DNA of 64,000 nt from the human T2T-CHM13v2.0 reference genome, Homo sapiens. Below the pieces are notes generated by a model, which saw only the letters and a program-made list of their open reading frames with translations, ran no database searches and had not been told where the DNA came from. Position numbers and translations under genes: made by a program. The DNA lies in the NCBI RefSeq assembly GCF_009914755.1, contig NC_060928.1; one strand, 5' to 3'. Below are positions 19,563 to 32,213 of this stretch, piece by piece; the first letter of the stretch is position 1, and the number at the start of each line of letters is the position of its first letter.

Positions 19563-22500
19563 AGTAACTATGTGTGTAATTTTAAAGATGTAAAAAAATA
19601 TGTTTAATGAGTCTTCCCCAGTCATCAGGAAAAATGTTCAATTTTCTTTGCAGTCCAAAAAATATAATGTGCTTTCCCTTCTAGTCTGAATAAACATAAT
19701 GTCTTTTCACAACTTCAAATATTTCTTCAAATATTCCACAGTTTTTCAAAAACTTGAAAATGAAAAGGTAGTTTTAAGTATTTGGATCAGAATTTGTTTG
19801 AAGTTGCTGGGATTTCTTATTAAGGCTTGTATTATATCCAAATATTCTACTTAAACTTTTATTTTAAAAAAACATACAAAGACATTATTATGAAGTATAT
19901 GAGAAGAAACAAAAAGCTTAATCCCTACACTTTACTTGTAAGACCAGAAGTTGTGAAGACATGATGGGCATGGCACCATGGCAGCTGCCAATGACAGGTG
20001 AGGGTTTTGCAGAGAACATCCTAAGACAGAACTGTCAAAATGCCACCCTAAGAGCAAGAAGAGGTATCAGGGAAGAAAAGGCAATGAAAATCAAGACCTG
20101 GGCACCAAAGATTAAGAACAACCCTTTTACTCCTTCCCAAATTTCCTCTTAGGAGACACTATCTGGGTGAGTATCCTAGACATTGCTCATACAGATGCTT
20201 AAAAGACTGACTCCCTGCTAGTATACTGAGATTCTGGTGAGGCATGAGGGCTTTGCAGTTATCACAAGAGGTTTAAAAATGCAAACACGTATTAATCATT
20301 GCTTTAGCTGAATAATGTCTTATATACTTACACACACACATTATCCACTCACATACTGATATTTTTCACATGTTTATACATGCTATTGCTGATTAATTTA
20401 ATATACTTCACTTACAAATGTCGTTGAAATTATATTACCTTTCCTTATTTTCTCCTTCACAATATACTACAAGTACAACAACCATGTATTTATATATGCA
20501 TGTTGGCAGAAAAGTAAAGGATAAAATGTGTAGTGTTAGAAAGGTTCTTCCAATTAAAGAAGTTTGAAGAGAAATCCATTTGATTAAGTAGTTTTCAATC
20601 TGCCTGGACTCCCTCTTCTCTACCTAGAACCATTTAAAGCCAGGGAGTCTTTGGGGTTTTGCCCTAAGAGAAGCACATGAAGGCCCCACGAGCATACTTC
20701 TATGTTAGTCTGGCAAGAAAGGCTCTCTGTCATAACTAAGTATATCAACAGGCAGCTGTGTTTGTCCTTCAAATGCCTCTCTTCTTCATCCCAGATCTTA
20801 CACAGAGCCTGCACTATTCCTGAAGATATCACAAGAAGATATATAATTCATGGCAGATACTAGTCAGACTGTCTATAGTGCTCCTTGAAGGAACTTCTAA
20901 TGCCTACCATGGAAAAGGATTCCAATTTATAGTGAATGTCATCAAAGCAAGTCTTAGAGAATTCTTGCTCTAGTAAATGGCTCTTATACTAGAGGCAGAG
21001 CCAAGAGGTTATAGGCCACTCACCTCTAAAGTTAAGAGAACCAAATAAACCAAAATAGAAGAAAATAAACGCATTTTCTTTCTCAGAGAGTAAACCCTCA
21101 CATAGACCCTCCCTTACTAATTTCTTTTCATTACCCCTAATAAGCCATGCCAAAGAAATACCAATCAGAACATGGTCAACACAGTTAGAAGAACAGGCTG
21201 AGTGGTACAGGGGATAAGATTGGAGAGGCACTGACTTCTGTTCCTGCTCCTTTCTTTGAACATTGTGAAAAAAAAAAAAAAAAACTTCATTGCCTCTAGA
21301 GCCTTCCTGAGTGGAATATGTAGTATAAATTATACACTTTAACTCATTAGCTGAATTTCAGTAGAGAAAGAATGATTAGGTTCTTGATTAATTCTGTTTC
21401 TGAATGATTACATAGTTTAACTGACAAATAGCTTGTCCTTTGTCATCACAACTTGGGAATCATTACTAAATGGAGGCAATGTATTTGTCAGTTAAACTGT
21501 GTAATCTATTAGAGGCAGAATTAATCAGGAGTCTCATCAGTCTAGCTTTAATCAAACAATACTTGGCAGATTTCATTCAAAAGGTAGGATTTACACAGCT
21601 CTATGTGCTGCACCTTGTAATCTAGGTAATAAAAAGTCGTATTTTGTGTAGTTAATGCCCACCTATATAAAAGAACAGTATCTTCAAATGTTACATTTTT
21701 TTGATAAGATAAACTGAATTAATAAATCTCAACATCATCTGAGAGGGTTCTACAGAAACAAAGTTAAATTTTAGATATACTTTGGAGGACTCTGAACATG
21801 AAGTCTTTAGAAATAGAAATTGATTAGAAGCTTTCTTTTAGTTGAGCTAAGAATTCCTGACTAAAAGATTAGAGGTATGACCCCATCAGACAGGCTACCA
21901 AGGATAAGGATGGGTCAACCTCGGATCCCTGGATGGATCCATCCCAGAATGGATCACAGGTGGATGATCCACATACAGTAGGTACATAATCCAAAGATTT
22001 CCTGTGGTTGCTGTCTATGGTTTACATTAGACCACAATCAAATAAAATGGAAAATAAAATCAGTGAGCTCTTTCTCTTATAGTCAGAGGCCAAGGTAAAG
22101 GTGTCACAAAATCATAGAATGATGCTTAATAGTTCTCTTTCATGACCGTGATAGCTGACTCTACTGAAATTGAGAAAGGGAAACTTGTAGGCAATGAAAG
22201 AAAACAGGAAGACTAGTGAGCATGGTGAGGACTGTCAGAGCCTGTGGTCTTCTGAACATATATAATCATGAGTTTGCTTAGGAGAAGGTTCAACTTGCGA
22301 GTGAAACACTAGCTCCTCTGTGGTTATATCTTCTGTGAATGCACTAGGGATACACCTTTTCTCTATTTGTCTTGCTCAAAGCTGTAATAAAGCCACAGTG
22401 TATGCACTTAATGAAATAATTTCCATGTGACCAACCTGGATTTCATATAAAATTTAGAGAAGCTTATCAAAGAGGAATCAGATGTGGAAGACAGTCTTTG

Positions 22501-23290
22501 TCTCTCTCTCACACACACAGAAAGACATTTTAGGACTTAAAGGGTACGCATACCTTTTGTTCCAAATTAATTTTGTTTGGCTACTTTTTCTAGATTAGAT
22601 TATTTTATAGCCACTAATGTTTACTCTATTAAAACTCACAAAAATGACATATTTCATCAGATAATTATTTCCTATTTCTAAATTTAAAAGAAAATCTAAA
22701 AAATTCATAAGGGACTCTCACTAAGGAGAGACCTTGAGAACACCACATCATCAATTTACACTTAGACCTTTCTGCAAAAGTGGAACATTTTAATGCCTTT
22801 AATTGTATATCATTGATTTTAGAGAAGTTTGCCTTAACAAAAATGTTAAAAACAAAGGTTCAGCTGAAAGCAAAATAGTGTTTTATTTAAAAAAATCCAT
22901 GAGGCACAGATTTGGTGTGAATTTCTTAAATATGAAATTTCTACATAAACTAAATTTTATAAATTCCTAGTTTCCCATCTTCTCAGCTGCTACCATAGTG
23001 GCTGATCTGTCAGACACATTACAAACTGTGGCATAGATGACACTGACTTGTAAACAAAAAAGGCTTGTGTTATATTTTTAAAAGATGTGGGGCAGGTTCA
23101 CTTAACCCTCAAACTTTCTCTTCTGCAAAATGTCTCACTAATTTCCACTGTGGAATATGGAGCCTCAACTGTGAGGAAGATTACAGACAGTCAGTTGTTG
23201 ACTTACTTTCTAGCCTGTACTAAGAAACTATTTGCCAAACTTTCCTTAGACAAGGCACAGAGTACTTAAACTCCCCACTCTGGTCCAGAG

Positions 23291-23470
23291 CAAGGTTTCT
23301 GGATCTCAGCAAAAGGGCCAGATAATTCTTTGGTGTGAGGACTGTCCTGTGCACCCACTAGATGTCAGTAGTACACCCTTCCCCACTCCATCTTCCACCC
23401 AGTTGTGACAACCCAAAATATCTCCCGACATTGCCAAACGTCCCCTGGGGGGCAAACCACAGAAACACTA
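23291..23470. mobile_element. MER20-like hAT MITE
   Basis: ggactgtcctgtgca...agttgtgacaacccaaaatatctcccgacattgccaaacgtcccctgggggg. Confidence 0.75.
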
Positions 23471-23474
23471 TAGA

Positions 23475-23717
23475 CAGTGCTTCTCAAACTATCTGTAATT
23501 AAAGACTTTTTCCCAGTCTGTTGCAGAGTGATGCTTTTATAAAATATATTAAAAACGAATTACTAGAAAAATTATCATGTACTTGAATGTCACAGCAATG
23601 CCAAAATGCTGTAAGAGTTCTAAACACTTCCTCACGGTTTCTTTATTTATCATAGACCAGAAATAAAGAGTTTGTGGGCTGACACTGGTCTGCGAGCCAC
23701 ACTTTTGAAAAGCACTG
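23475..23717. mobile_element. hAT-Charlie MITE
   Basis: TIRs cagtgcttctcaaa / tttgaaaagcactg, flanked by tctaga-like target sequence. Confidence 0.7.
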
Positions 23718-25470
23718 GTCTAGAATGAAAATATCTTTGATCTTAGGATGCCCATAATTCAATTTTATCATAATCTAGATGAACAAATTCTACAATAGAC
23801 CTTATATAAAGATGTCTACGTCATAATTACACTTACACCTTGAATTAGATATAATTTTAATTTTACATATAAAAATTCAAGTTTTATGGCTAGGGTAGTG
23901 AGGAAGTTATAAATGGAAAAAAAAATTAATACTTGTTGAACTGGGCTGGGGCTACTTGGGGATTCATTATCCTATTCTCTGCTTCTGTAGATTTCACATT
24001 TTTCTCCTAAAAAGTTAAATTTGTTTTTCTAAAAGCTGCTTTCATGCTATTCTAAAACTTAAAAATATCGCCATTATCCTTCTGCATCAGGGGTTTTGTC
24101 TTTCTCTATCTAGGGGAACTATTTTTGATATCAGGAAGATGGATCATGTAAACATTGAACCATCTCAGAAGTCAGAAACTGTCTTGTATGCCTGCTTTGA
24201 GACAACCCAGCGCTCCAGGGACTGGCCTCACTGTGAGCCACAAAAACGCAGACTGGTGAGCAGTAGATTCCCAAAACCTGGCCCTTCTCTCCCCAACCCC
24301 AGCATAGCCAAGCTGTTCACATGTGTCTGGAGTAAAGGGCTTCTTGTACTCTTATATGATAGGGTATGTGTATAACTGGGCCAACATCTGTACTTCATAT
24401 GGCAATCCCACAACAGATCCTCCAAGAATAAAAGAGAGCTACAGACAGGGGCCTGTGGTGGTCCTGACCACTGATCAGAGGTCAGACTGATGTGTGCTCC
24501 TCACCATGGCAGAGGCTGTGAAACCCATGCTGTGATTTTCGGAGTCCTCCACTTTTCTAGGAGTCAGGTAAGATTAGTAATCTTCGTTTAGCATGATGGG
24601 CTTTGAGACCAAAAGATGACTACTTGCTTCTATAAACCAAATTCGCAACAGAATCGTGGGTGAAATTTAGAGGAGGGTTTGCAAGTGTGGCCCCATGGGT
24701 TTCTATTACACACAGCTGAGGGAACAGAGCTACAGCCCACAGTACGGCATGCCATATATCTAACAGTTCCTCTTAATGGGCCCCTTTCTGAAAGTGCATG
24801 TGCCACCAGCTGCATACAATCAAAATGCATTGAGTTTCCCTCTAACAAGCAGCCTTGCTTAGAAAACTTCTTTTACAGATGTTTATAGCTTTTGTGGCTT
24901 TTTATTCACCGTCTTATTTTTATAGCCAGTGTGATCTTTCAACATATGACAAAACATACCCATGGCCTAGTAAACAATGCATCTAAAAATTATAACTCTT
25001 AGGAAGCTAGGAGAATATTTAAAGCAGGTTTCTATATAACACATCCATAATTGGTTTTGCATTGTAGCTAATGAAAAACACACTTCTATAAATTAGGAAA
25101 ATGAATTGCACAAGCAACACATAGAACACTAAAAACAAGCACAGTGAATAGGATACAATTTTTATATTAAAGTGTTGCATACAGTCTTTAAATAGAAACA
25201 AGGAGGCACCTGGTCCCTTTTAATTAATCTACTCTGAGGCCCACAGAATAGTGTGTATAAATGAAATGGCTGGGCAGCCAGAAAGTCCTGTCACTTGCAT
25301 AGAGGTGTTAAAAGAGCTTATCTGGCATAAAGCATGCAAAGAATCATCCAAACCAGCTCAAAAGCCTTGTTTTCCTGGGGCTGCAGGGTGACTCAAACTA
25401 GTCCATTTGGAATCGTGAGACAAAACTGATGAAACTAAACTTTTCCCTAATATTCTCCTAATTTCTAGTC

Positions 25471-25642
25471 CAGTGGACTTCAACCCTGCCTGCACATTTA
25501 AACCACCTAGGGATCTTTTTAAAAACATTGATGCCTAGGGCCCACCCTCACCCTGATTTAACTAGTTTGGGTAGGGACAGGCACTAGCTTTTTAAAAGCT
25601 CCCAAGGTGCCTCTAATGCGCAACCAGAAGTGAGAACTTCTG
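25471..25642. mobile_element. MER5A-like MITE with 8-bp TSD ttctagtc/atctagtt
   Basis: cagtggacttcaacc...gtgagaacttctg. Confidence 0.75.
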
Positions 25643-25924
25643 ATCTAGTTCACCATCCTCTACCATAAGCATTGTAATGATAATAACAATGACAAAAACA
25701 GCATCAGTAAGAACTCCTACTCTTTCTACTACTACTATTATACTCTACCACCCCGACACTGCTGCCTATGTTCACAAACTGCCTACTTTCTGCTGGCTGG
25801 CAAAGTGCTAAGAAATTTAAGAGACTGTTTTCCCATTAAGTTGTTAAGCAATGCTGCAAATTTGCTATGGTTATTCTCACTTTACAATGAAGAAACATTT
25901 GTTTAAAAACGTGATCAAGGTTAT

Positions 25925-26499
25925 TGTAAGGCAATGGCTGTGCTTTGGTAAAGGATAGGTCGAGGTAAACATCCAGAGTGACTCAGCGAGTCTACAGCGC
26001 AGGTGTAGAACTCCACTTGTTATCACAGCCATGTAGCCGTAACATGGGAAGGCCATCACTTGGCTCTAAGCCACTATTATCTGTAAAAGGTATAATTGCC
26101 CTGTTGACAGGCTCAGCTCAACATGGCTTGACATGGTGGGCACGCGGGTGCCCAGAGAAAGAGAGAGACAGAGTTGTCCGTCTTTGCAGAGGGACAGAGG
26201 GGAGCCAGGACACGTTCGGCTTGCTTGTGGCCAAAGAGAGAAAGAGTTAAGCCACTGCCCCTGAAGGCAAGGGAGAGCCGGCTACGCAGATGTGTATGGG
26301 GGCTGCCGGACTAAGCAGCCAAGACAGGGTGGACAGTGTGAGAAAGCTGTTGATGAGAGCTGCTGCTGAATAAAATCATCTTTCACCTGCCTACGATCCC
26401 CCGAGTGTTCTTTCTGCTCATCCACCCACTCCCTCGAACCTCAGCACGGATCAGAACCTGACCCTGGGCGTGACATTTAGCGTAGTCATGACCCTGACA
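25925..26499 (+). mobile_element. ERVL solo LTR (LTR18A/B-like) inserted in a MIR; TSD gttat/gttac
   Basis: TGTAAGG...CCTGACA termini, AP-1 TGACTCA at 25979-25985, tataa and AATAAA (~26369). Confidence 0.8.
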
Positions 26500-26589
26500 G
26501 TTACACAATCAGAGAGAGCAGAACAAAAAATAAGGCACTTGTAATCCCAGGCCTGTGTCTTGGGTGACTCTGCTTCCTACCTGAGCCTC

Positions 26590-27262
26590 TTCCCTAGTCT
26601 ATATCACTGCTAGCAGAACCCTGATTCTATTTGGGTGTTGCCTTCTGCTTGGTTAAGCACCCTGGAGGAGGACCCTTCCCAGCCCAGCCAAAAGAGTGAC
26701 CCTTGATCAGGCTAAGCCTTGGCTCCACACTTCCTACACATTGTTATCACCCGAAGAGCTTCAAAAAATGCTGATGCCTACCCCCAGAGATTGTGATTTC
26801 ATGGTCTGAGGTATGGCCTGGGCTTTGGCAGTTTTGAAATATTCCCTGGTGATTCTGATTTGCAGACGCATTTGGGGACTGATGGGCTAAACCAATGACA
26901 GCAATTCCACTTCCCGTGCAGTGATGGGTTTAGCTTAGAGCATGCGACCTGGCTGCGATTACTGAGAAGAGAAGGTAAGTCTATGGGAGATTCTGGAAAA
27001 GGCCTCTTCTGCCTGTTGATACAGACCACATAAGGAGAGGCTGCTGGAGCTGCTGCAGCCATGTGCTGAGCACGCGAGGAGCTGGCTGAGGACAGCAGGA
27101 GACATGAGAAAAGCTGGGGCCACTAACGACCCTGTTGAGCTATTAACCAACCATGGATGGCCCTTCCTCTGAAATTCTTGTCATGTGACTTAATATAAAT
27201 CCTCATCTTTTAAGGCCCTTTCAGTTGGGCTTTTGGTTAGTTTGGGATAAAAATCATCCTAC
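26590..27262. mobile_element. LTR16-like ERVL LTR split by a MER5A-like MITE (26718-26884, TSD ggctaagc/ggctaaac)
   Basis: agcagaaccctgattct; ggctaaaccaat; gctgctgcagccatgtg; gattctgatttgcag...ttggggactg. Confidence 0.6.
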
Positions 27263-30200
27263 TGCCTACATCTTCCCAATCATTACACCATATTCTAATG
27301 GCCCTATCCTAGTGACACAGAATACTTCCAGCTTACATTGAAGCATAGCACTGACAATGAACGAAAAATTCAAAGTCAGTGACTGGCTATTAAAAATGAA
27401 AATACACAACACAGTCTAAGAATCCTGACTCTAAAAATGGGAATGAGTTCTTTTACACAGCAACATTTTTCTTACACACATAACAAGAGTTACAAAGGAA
27501 GCCGAAAAAAATCTGCTGATAAGAATTCTGAGAACAACGTACTTGTGCATTGTAAAGAATGTCCTTTGTAATCCTTGAAAGAAAAGGAATGCTGGTTAAG
27601 TGAAAGAGTGTTATTATTTAAAGTATCTAATGGGAAATTACTTCTTTCCCTGCATAATGACTAAGTGTTTAGATTTTATTTTAATCTTACAAAAGAAGAA
27701 TAATCATATGAAAAGGAAAATTTTGTTACAAGAAAAAAGTTATGCTCACCATCTTAAAAAATTATGATGCAAACTTCGAAAAATCAATGCAAATTGTAAA
27801 GAAAATATAAGGAAGTACAAATGAAAGAGAAAGAAATATAAGGGAAGTAAATATGATAAAAAATATAGAAGATATACAGAAAATATAAAAACATATATAT
27901 ACACACACTTATGCCGACTGATATATATAGTGTCCAAGGCAAAAATGTTGAGTTTCAAATAACATTCAGAATGGAAGTCAACTAAGAGAATAATAAATTG
28001 TCAGAGTTGGGAGAGCAGGTTTCTGATGTAACTGTCTTTTTCTCTTGTCATGTATCATCCTCGTTGTTTTATCTTAAAAAATTGCTAATGAAAATCAAAG
28101 TAAGTCTTACAAATTTAAGATAGCTTGAATTTTTTTTTTTTTTTTTTTTTTTTTTTTGCATGTTGCTGGGAGTTTCCTTTACCAATGGAACATTCCTGAC
28201 AAGTGTATAGTCTCAGACCCAGTAATCCATCACCAAAGGTAAATTTAGGAAGAAAAATATTAAATACTTCCTCTAAAAAGGTCTTTTCCTATATTTGAAC
28301 CAGTACTGTAAGCTTACATACCAATTAATTTAAGTGTTCCAAGCTCTATTTACAAAGGATCTGACAGCAATCAAGATAATTCCCATGATTAGATGATGTC
28401 ATTGAGAGTAATTTCATCAGCAAAAGTCTCCATGCGGTATTAGGCAAGACACTGTGTTAGAAACCAAGGGAAACACAAAAAGGTTTAAAATGGGGTCCTT
28501 ATCCTCAAGAAGAGTACAATGGATTAGTAAAGAAAATCCTGGCGGGTGGAGTAGATCAAGTTGAGGTGCACTTGTCCATCACCTTCAGCTTTTGTTACTA
28601 CACAATTTGAAGTATGGTATGCAGCAAATACAAAGTATCCTTGTCGATTTAGGCAGATAATATAGGAGTACAGAGAATGAAGTGAAATGAGAATTCAACA
28701 TAGTCACAGACTCTTACATTTAAGAAGCAGATCCAGCCAGTCCACATAGAACTGAACTAATTCAATTTGGTCACTTCCAAAAATAACAAGCATGCTTTCT
28801 GACATATGTGATGGTGGCAAGTGTAATCCATCTTTGAATAAAACCATAAAGTTTATTCAGAGGTGTGCAGGAGAAAGGAATTATGTACATGTAAAGCCTT
28901 AGAAAAGGGATATCTAATTCTAAAAAAAACATACTTATCCCATTACACAATTTTGAAAATAATAAGAACACAGCAGAAAGGTGCTATCACACATGCAGCT
29001 AATTCACCCATGACTAACAGAGCATTCATTTCAGCCAAGTTTATGTCAACAGGTGAAACAAAACCATCAAGGAGCGGGCAGAAGTCAGAGGAAATCATAT
29101 CAATATAAATTACATCTCTGAGTCAACACCGCACAGATGCAAGGAGGTAGTAGCATAAACCTGCCCCAGTCAAACTTAAAAATGCTGAAAAAACAGCTTA
29201 TTTGCACAGGTGAGGATTCTATAGTTGTCCTGGCAGAGATCTTGCTAGATTTTAGTTTGCTCAAAAGTCATAAAATATTCTGACAAAAAGTCATTCAGCC
29301 TAAAAGATTAAAACAAAGAAAAAGATGACAACAGTATTACTGTAATAAACGAGAAATGTTTATTCTAAACTTGAACACCATTAACATTTTAAAATTCCAA
29401 AGGTAACTGCAGAAGTTTTTTTTTTTTACTTAGAAAATTAGCATCTTTACTATTTACACTTTTCATCTGATATACAGTTGTTTTTTTTTTTTCTGTAAGC
29501 AAATTTGAGTTCAATCTTCTTTCACAAATGGGTGTTTGTGAAAACTTTTGTAATATCTGATGATGCTACACAGACTTCATCAGGCAGATATATACTTCAC
29601 ACCTCTGCAAAACACCACTCCTACCTCCAAAATAAAATGACCCTACTGTCATCAGTAGTAACCAGAAACAGATCACATTTCACTTTTTTTCCTAATAGGC
29701 CTTGGTGACTTTTTACCTACTAGCTTTTGGCTGTTTTCAGTTCAGTGTGTTCCTTGAGAAAGAACACCCATTAACTTATTTCAAAAACCATGGAAAGAGT
29801 GATGAACCATCCCTTTTTGCCCAGGACTAGCCTGGTTTTAGCCCTGAAAATCCTACACCCTGGGTAACCCCTCCATTTGGTGCAAACCAGAAAGCTCATG
29901 TTAAGAACAAGAAAATGCCAACTCCGTTTCTATATTAAACAGCATCATCTGAATTCAGGAATCACAGCTCATTGTAATGGTCCATTTAGATACTATCTAG
30001 GAGACACACTGTATGTGTCAGCCTGTAAATCCACCCAGCTGTCACAGGGCAACGTACTAGATAAGAAGAATTCTGCTAACACAATCTCCCCTTCTTCCTA
30101 TGCCCTGATCTCTCATCTCGTATCTAAATAGTCACAGTCTAGCATCCCACTGGCAGAACAAGCTTAATTACCAAGGAAAAGTACTGTCAAGACCTCTAGC

Positions 30201-31859
30201 TAGCCCTTTCCCATCACACACTGCCCCACTGCGAAGAGTGGCTGCTCACCCGAGTGGGCACAAGGTAGAGTGCTACAGGGGCAGGGATGGAGGGTTGGGC
30301 TAGGGAGGGAGAAGGGCAGTGCTTTGGACTGAAGTGCCAAGTTTTGCCTCAGGCCAAACAAAATGCTTTCTCCCTCAAGAGGATGATATTTTGTTATTTT
30401 AAGAAAAAATATTTTTACAGAGAGAGCTACTTATAAGCTGTCTAGGTTACTAAGAAATCATCCAACCCATTCTCAGAATATATTAGGTAAAACAAGGCTG
30501 AATTGAGGTAATTTCCTTGTTTTAATTATATCCAAAGACATAGAGAGCCTCATGGACTCACGGATCTCAGTGCTGAATCATTCCTTTGCATGCTTAGATG
30601 ATTTTGTTTTGCTGTAATTCTTTACATTGGTTATTTGGTTTAGACACACTGGTGCCTTCAGAGAATGTTAACCTGTAAGAAAAGAACTGCCAGCACAATC
30701 TCCCAGTACTTTGTTCTCTCTCCTTTTACAATTGCAGTTGCAGTTGTTTTTCTACTAATAGCCAGGTATCCTCTATGTCAAGTCAACATAAATAACACAC
30801 CCAGAAGAAGATTCGATTAACATAATTCTTATTTTGTACATAAAGAAACTAAGCCTGAATGCTCAGAGAGAATTCAGTGAGTACACATTTCTCTCCCCTC
30901 AAAGAATGTCCACAAACAATCTCCAAAGGGCCTCTCTCCAGGCAGGGATGAAAGAAGATACACTGGGCACTTGAAGACACAAATGGGGGTGGGATGGAGA
31001 GTGATAGAAGCCTCTGGGGCTTTGAGCCTAGTATTGCAAGAAAAGGAACAGACACTTAGCATGCAGCAGCCACAGCATTGGCAATGGCTCCTAATGGGAC
31101 AGATGTGGAAAACTCAACTCATGCTCTGCCAGTGGGGAGTAGAAACATAATTCAGTATTTAAAAAAATTTAAAATTCAGCCATTGAGTCATATATTTCTT
31201 GGTGATAAACTGTCCCGCATGTTAAAGACTATATTCTAGGTGGAATGTCATTTTTTTGGCAATGACATGGGAGACTGCTTACATGTCTGAAAACACATGT
31301 TAATTTTAGTCCCTTCACTCTGTTGCCTCTACAAAGCCAAATATATGTAATAGATCCAAAGCAGTCAGGCACACCACATTCCAGTAAAATGTTCATTTTA
31401 ACTTACACTGGCACAGTGAACATTTGACTGGAGTACATTCATTCACCGAATAGAAGGAGTAGCTGAAAGAGCAACCTACAGCAGCATCCAAGAAAGATGT
31501 ATGTATATATGTGTGTGTGTGTGTGTGTATGAAATGAAACATATAGATATGATTCATAAGGTAATGAAAAAGGTTTGACTTAAATGGAATTCAGTGTAAT
31601 GCAGATTGACACTAGTCCTGGGAAAGCCTCTAGAACTGCCCCACTGATGTGCTGAGTTTTTGGATTACGATCCAGTCTGTGTCTGGCATGAAAACTCCAG
31701 AATATTTGAGACTTGGGTCAAGTCCAGTGCTGCAAGACTGGATCACCAGGCACTCAGTGGGCCTCAAGAGTGGTACTAAAGCTTAACAAGCATCTCCAAA
31801 TGTCTACCACTTTTTGCTGAAGCAGAAAAGTATTTTGCATTTTGAAAGTACCAGTGAAG

Positions 31860-32213
<354 letters not shown>

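Noticed and set aside
27700-27930. A-rich low-complexity stretch
   Set aside because: No periodic unit or coding signal; likely decayed L1 or simple sequence.
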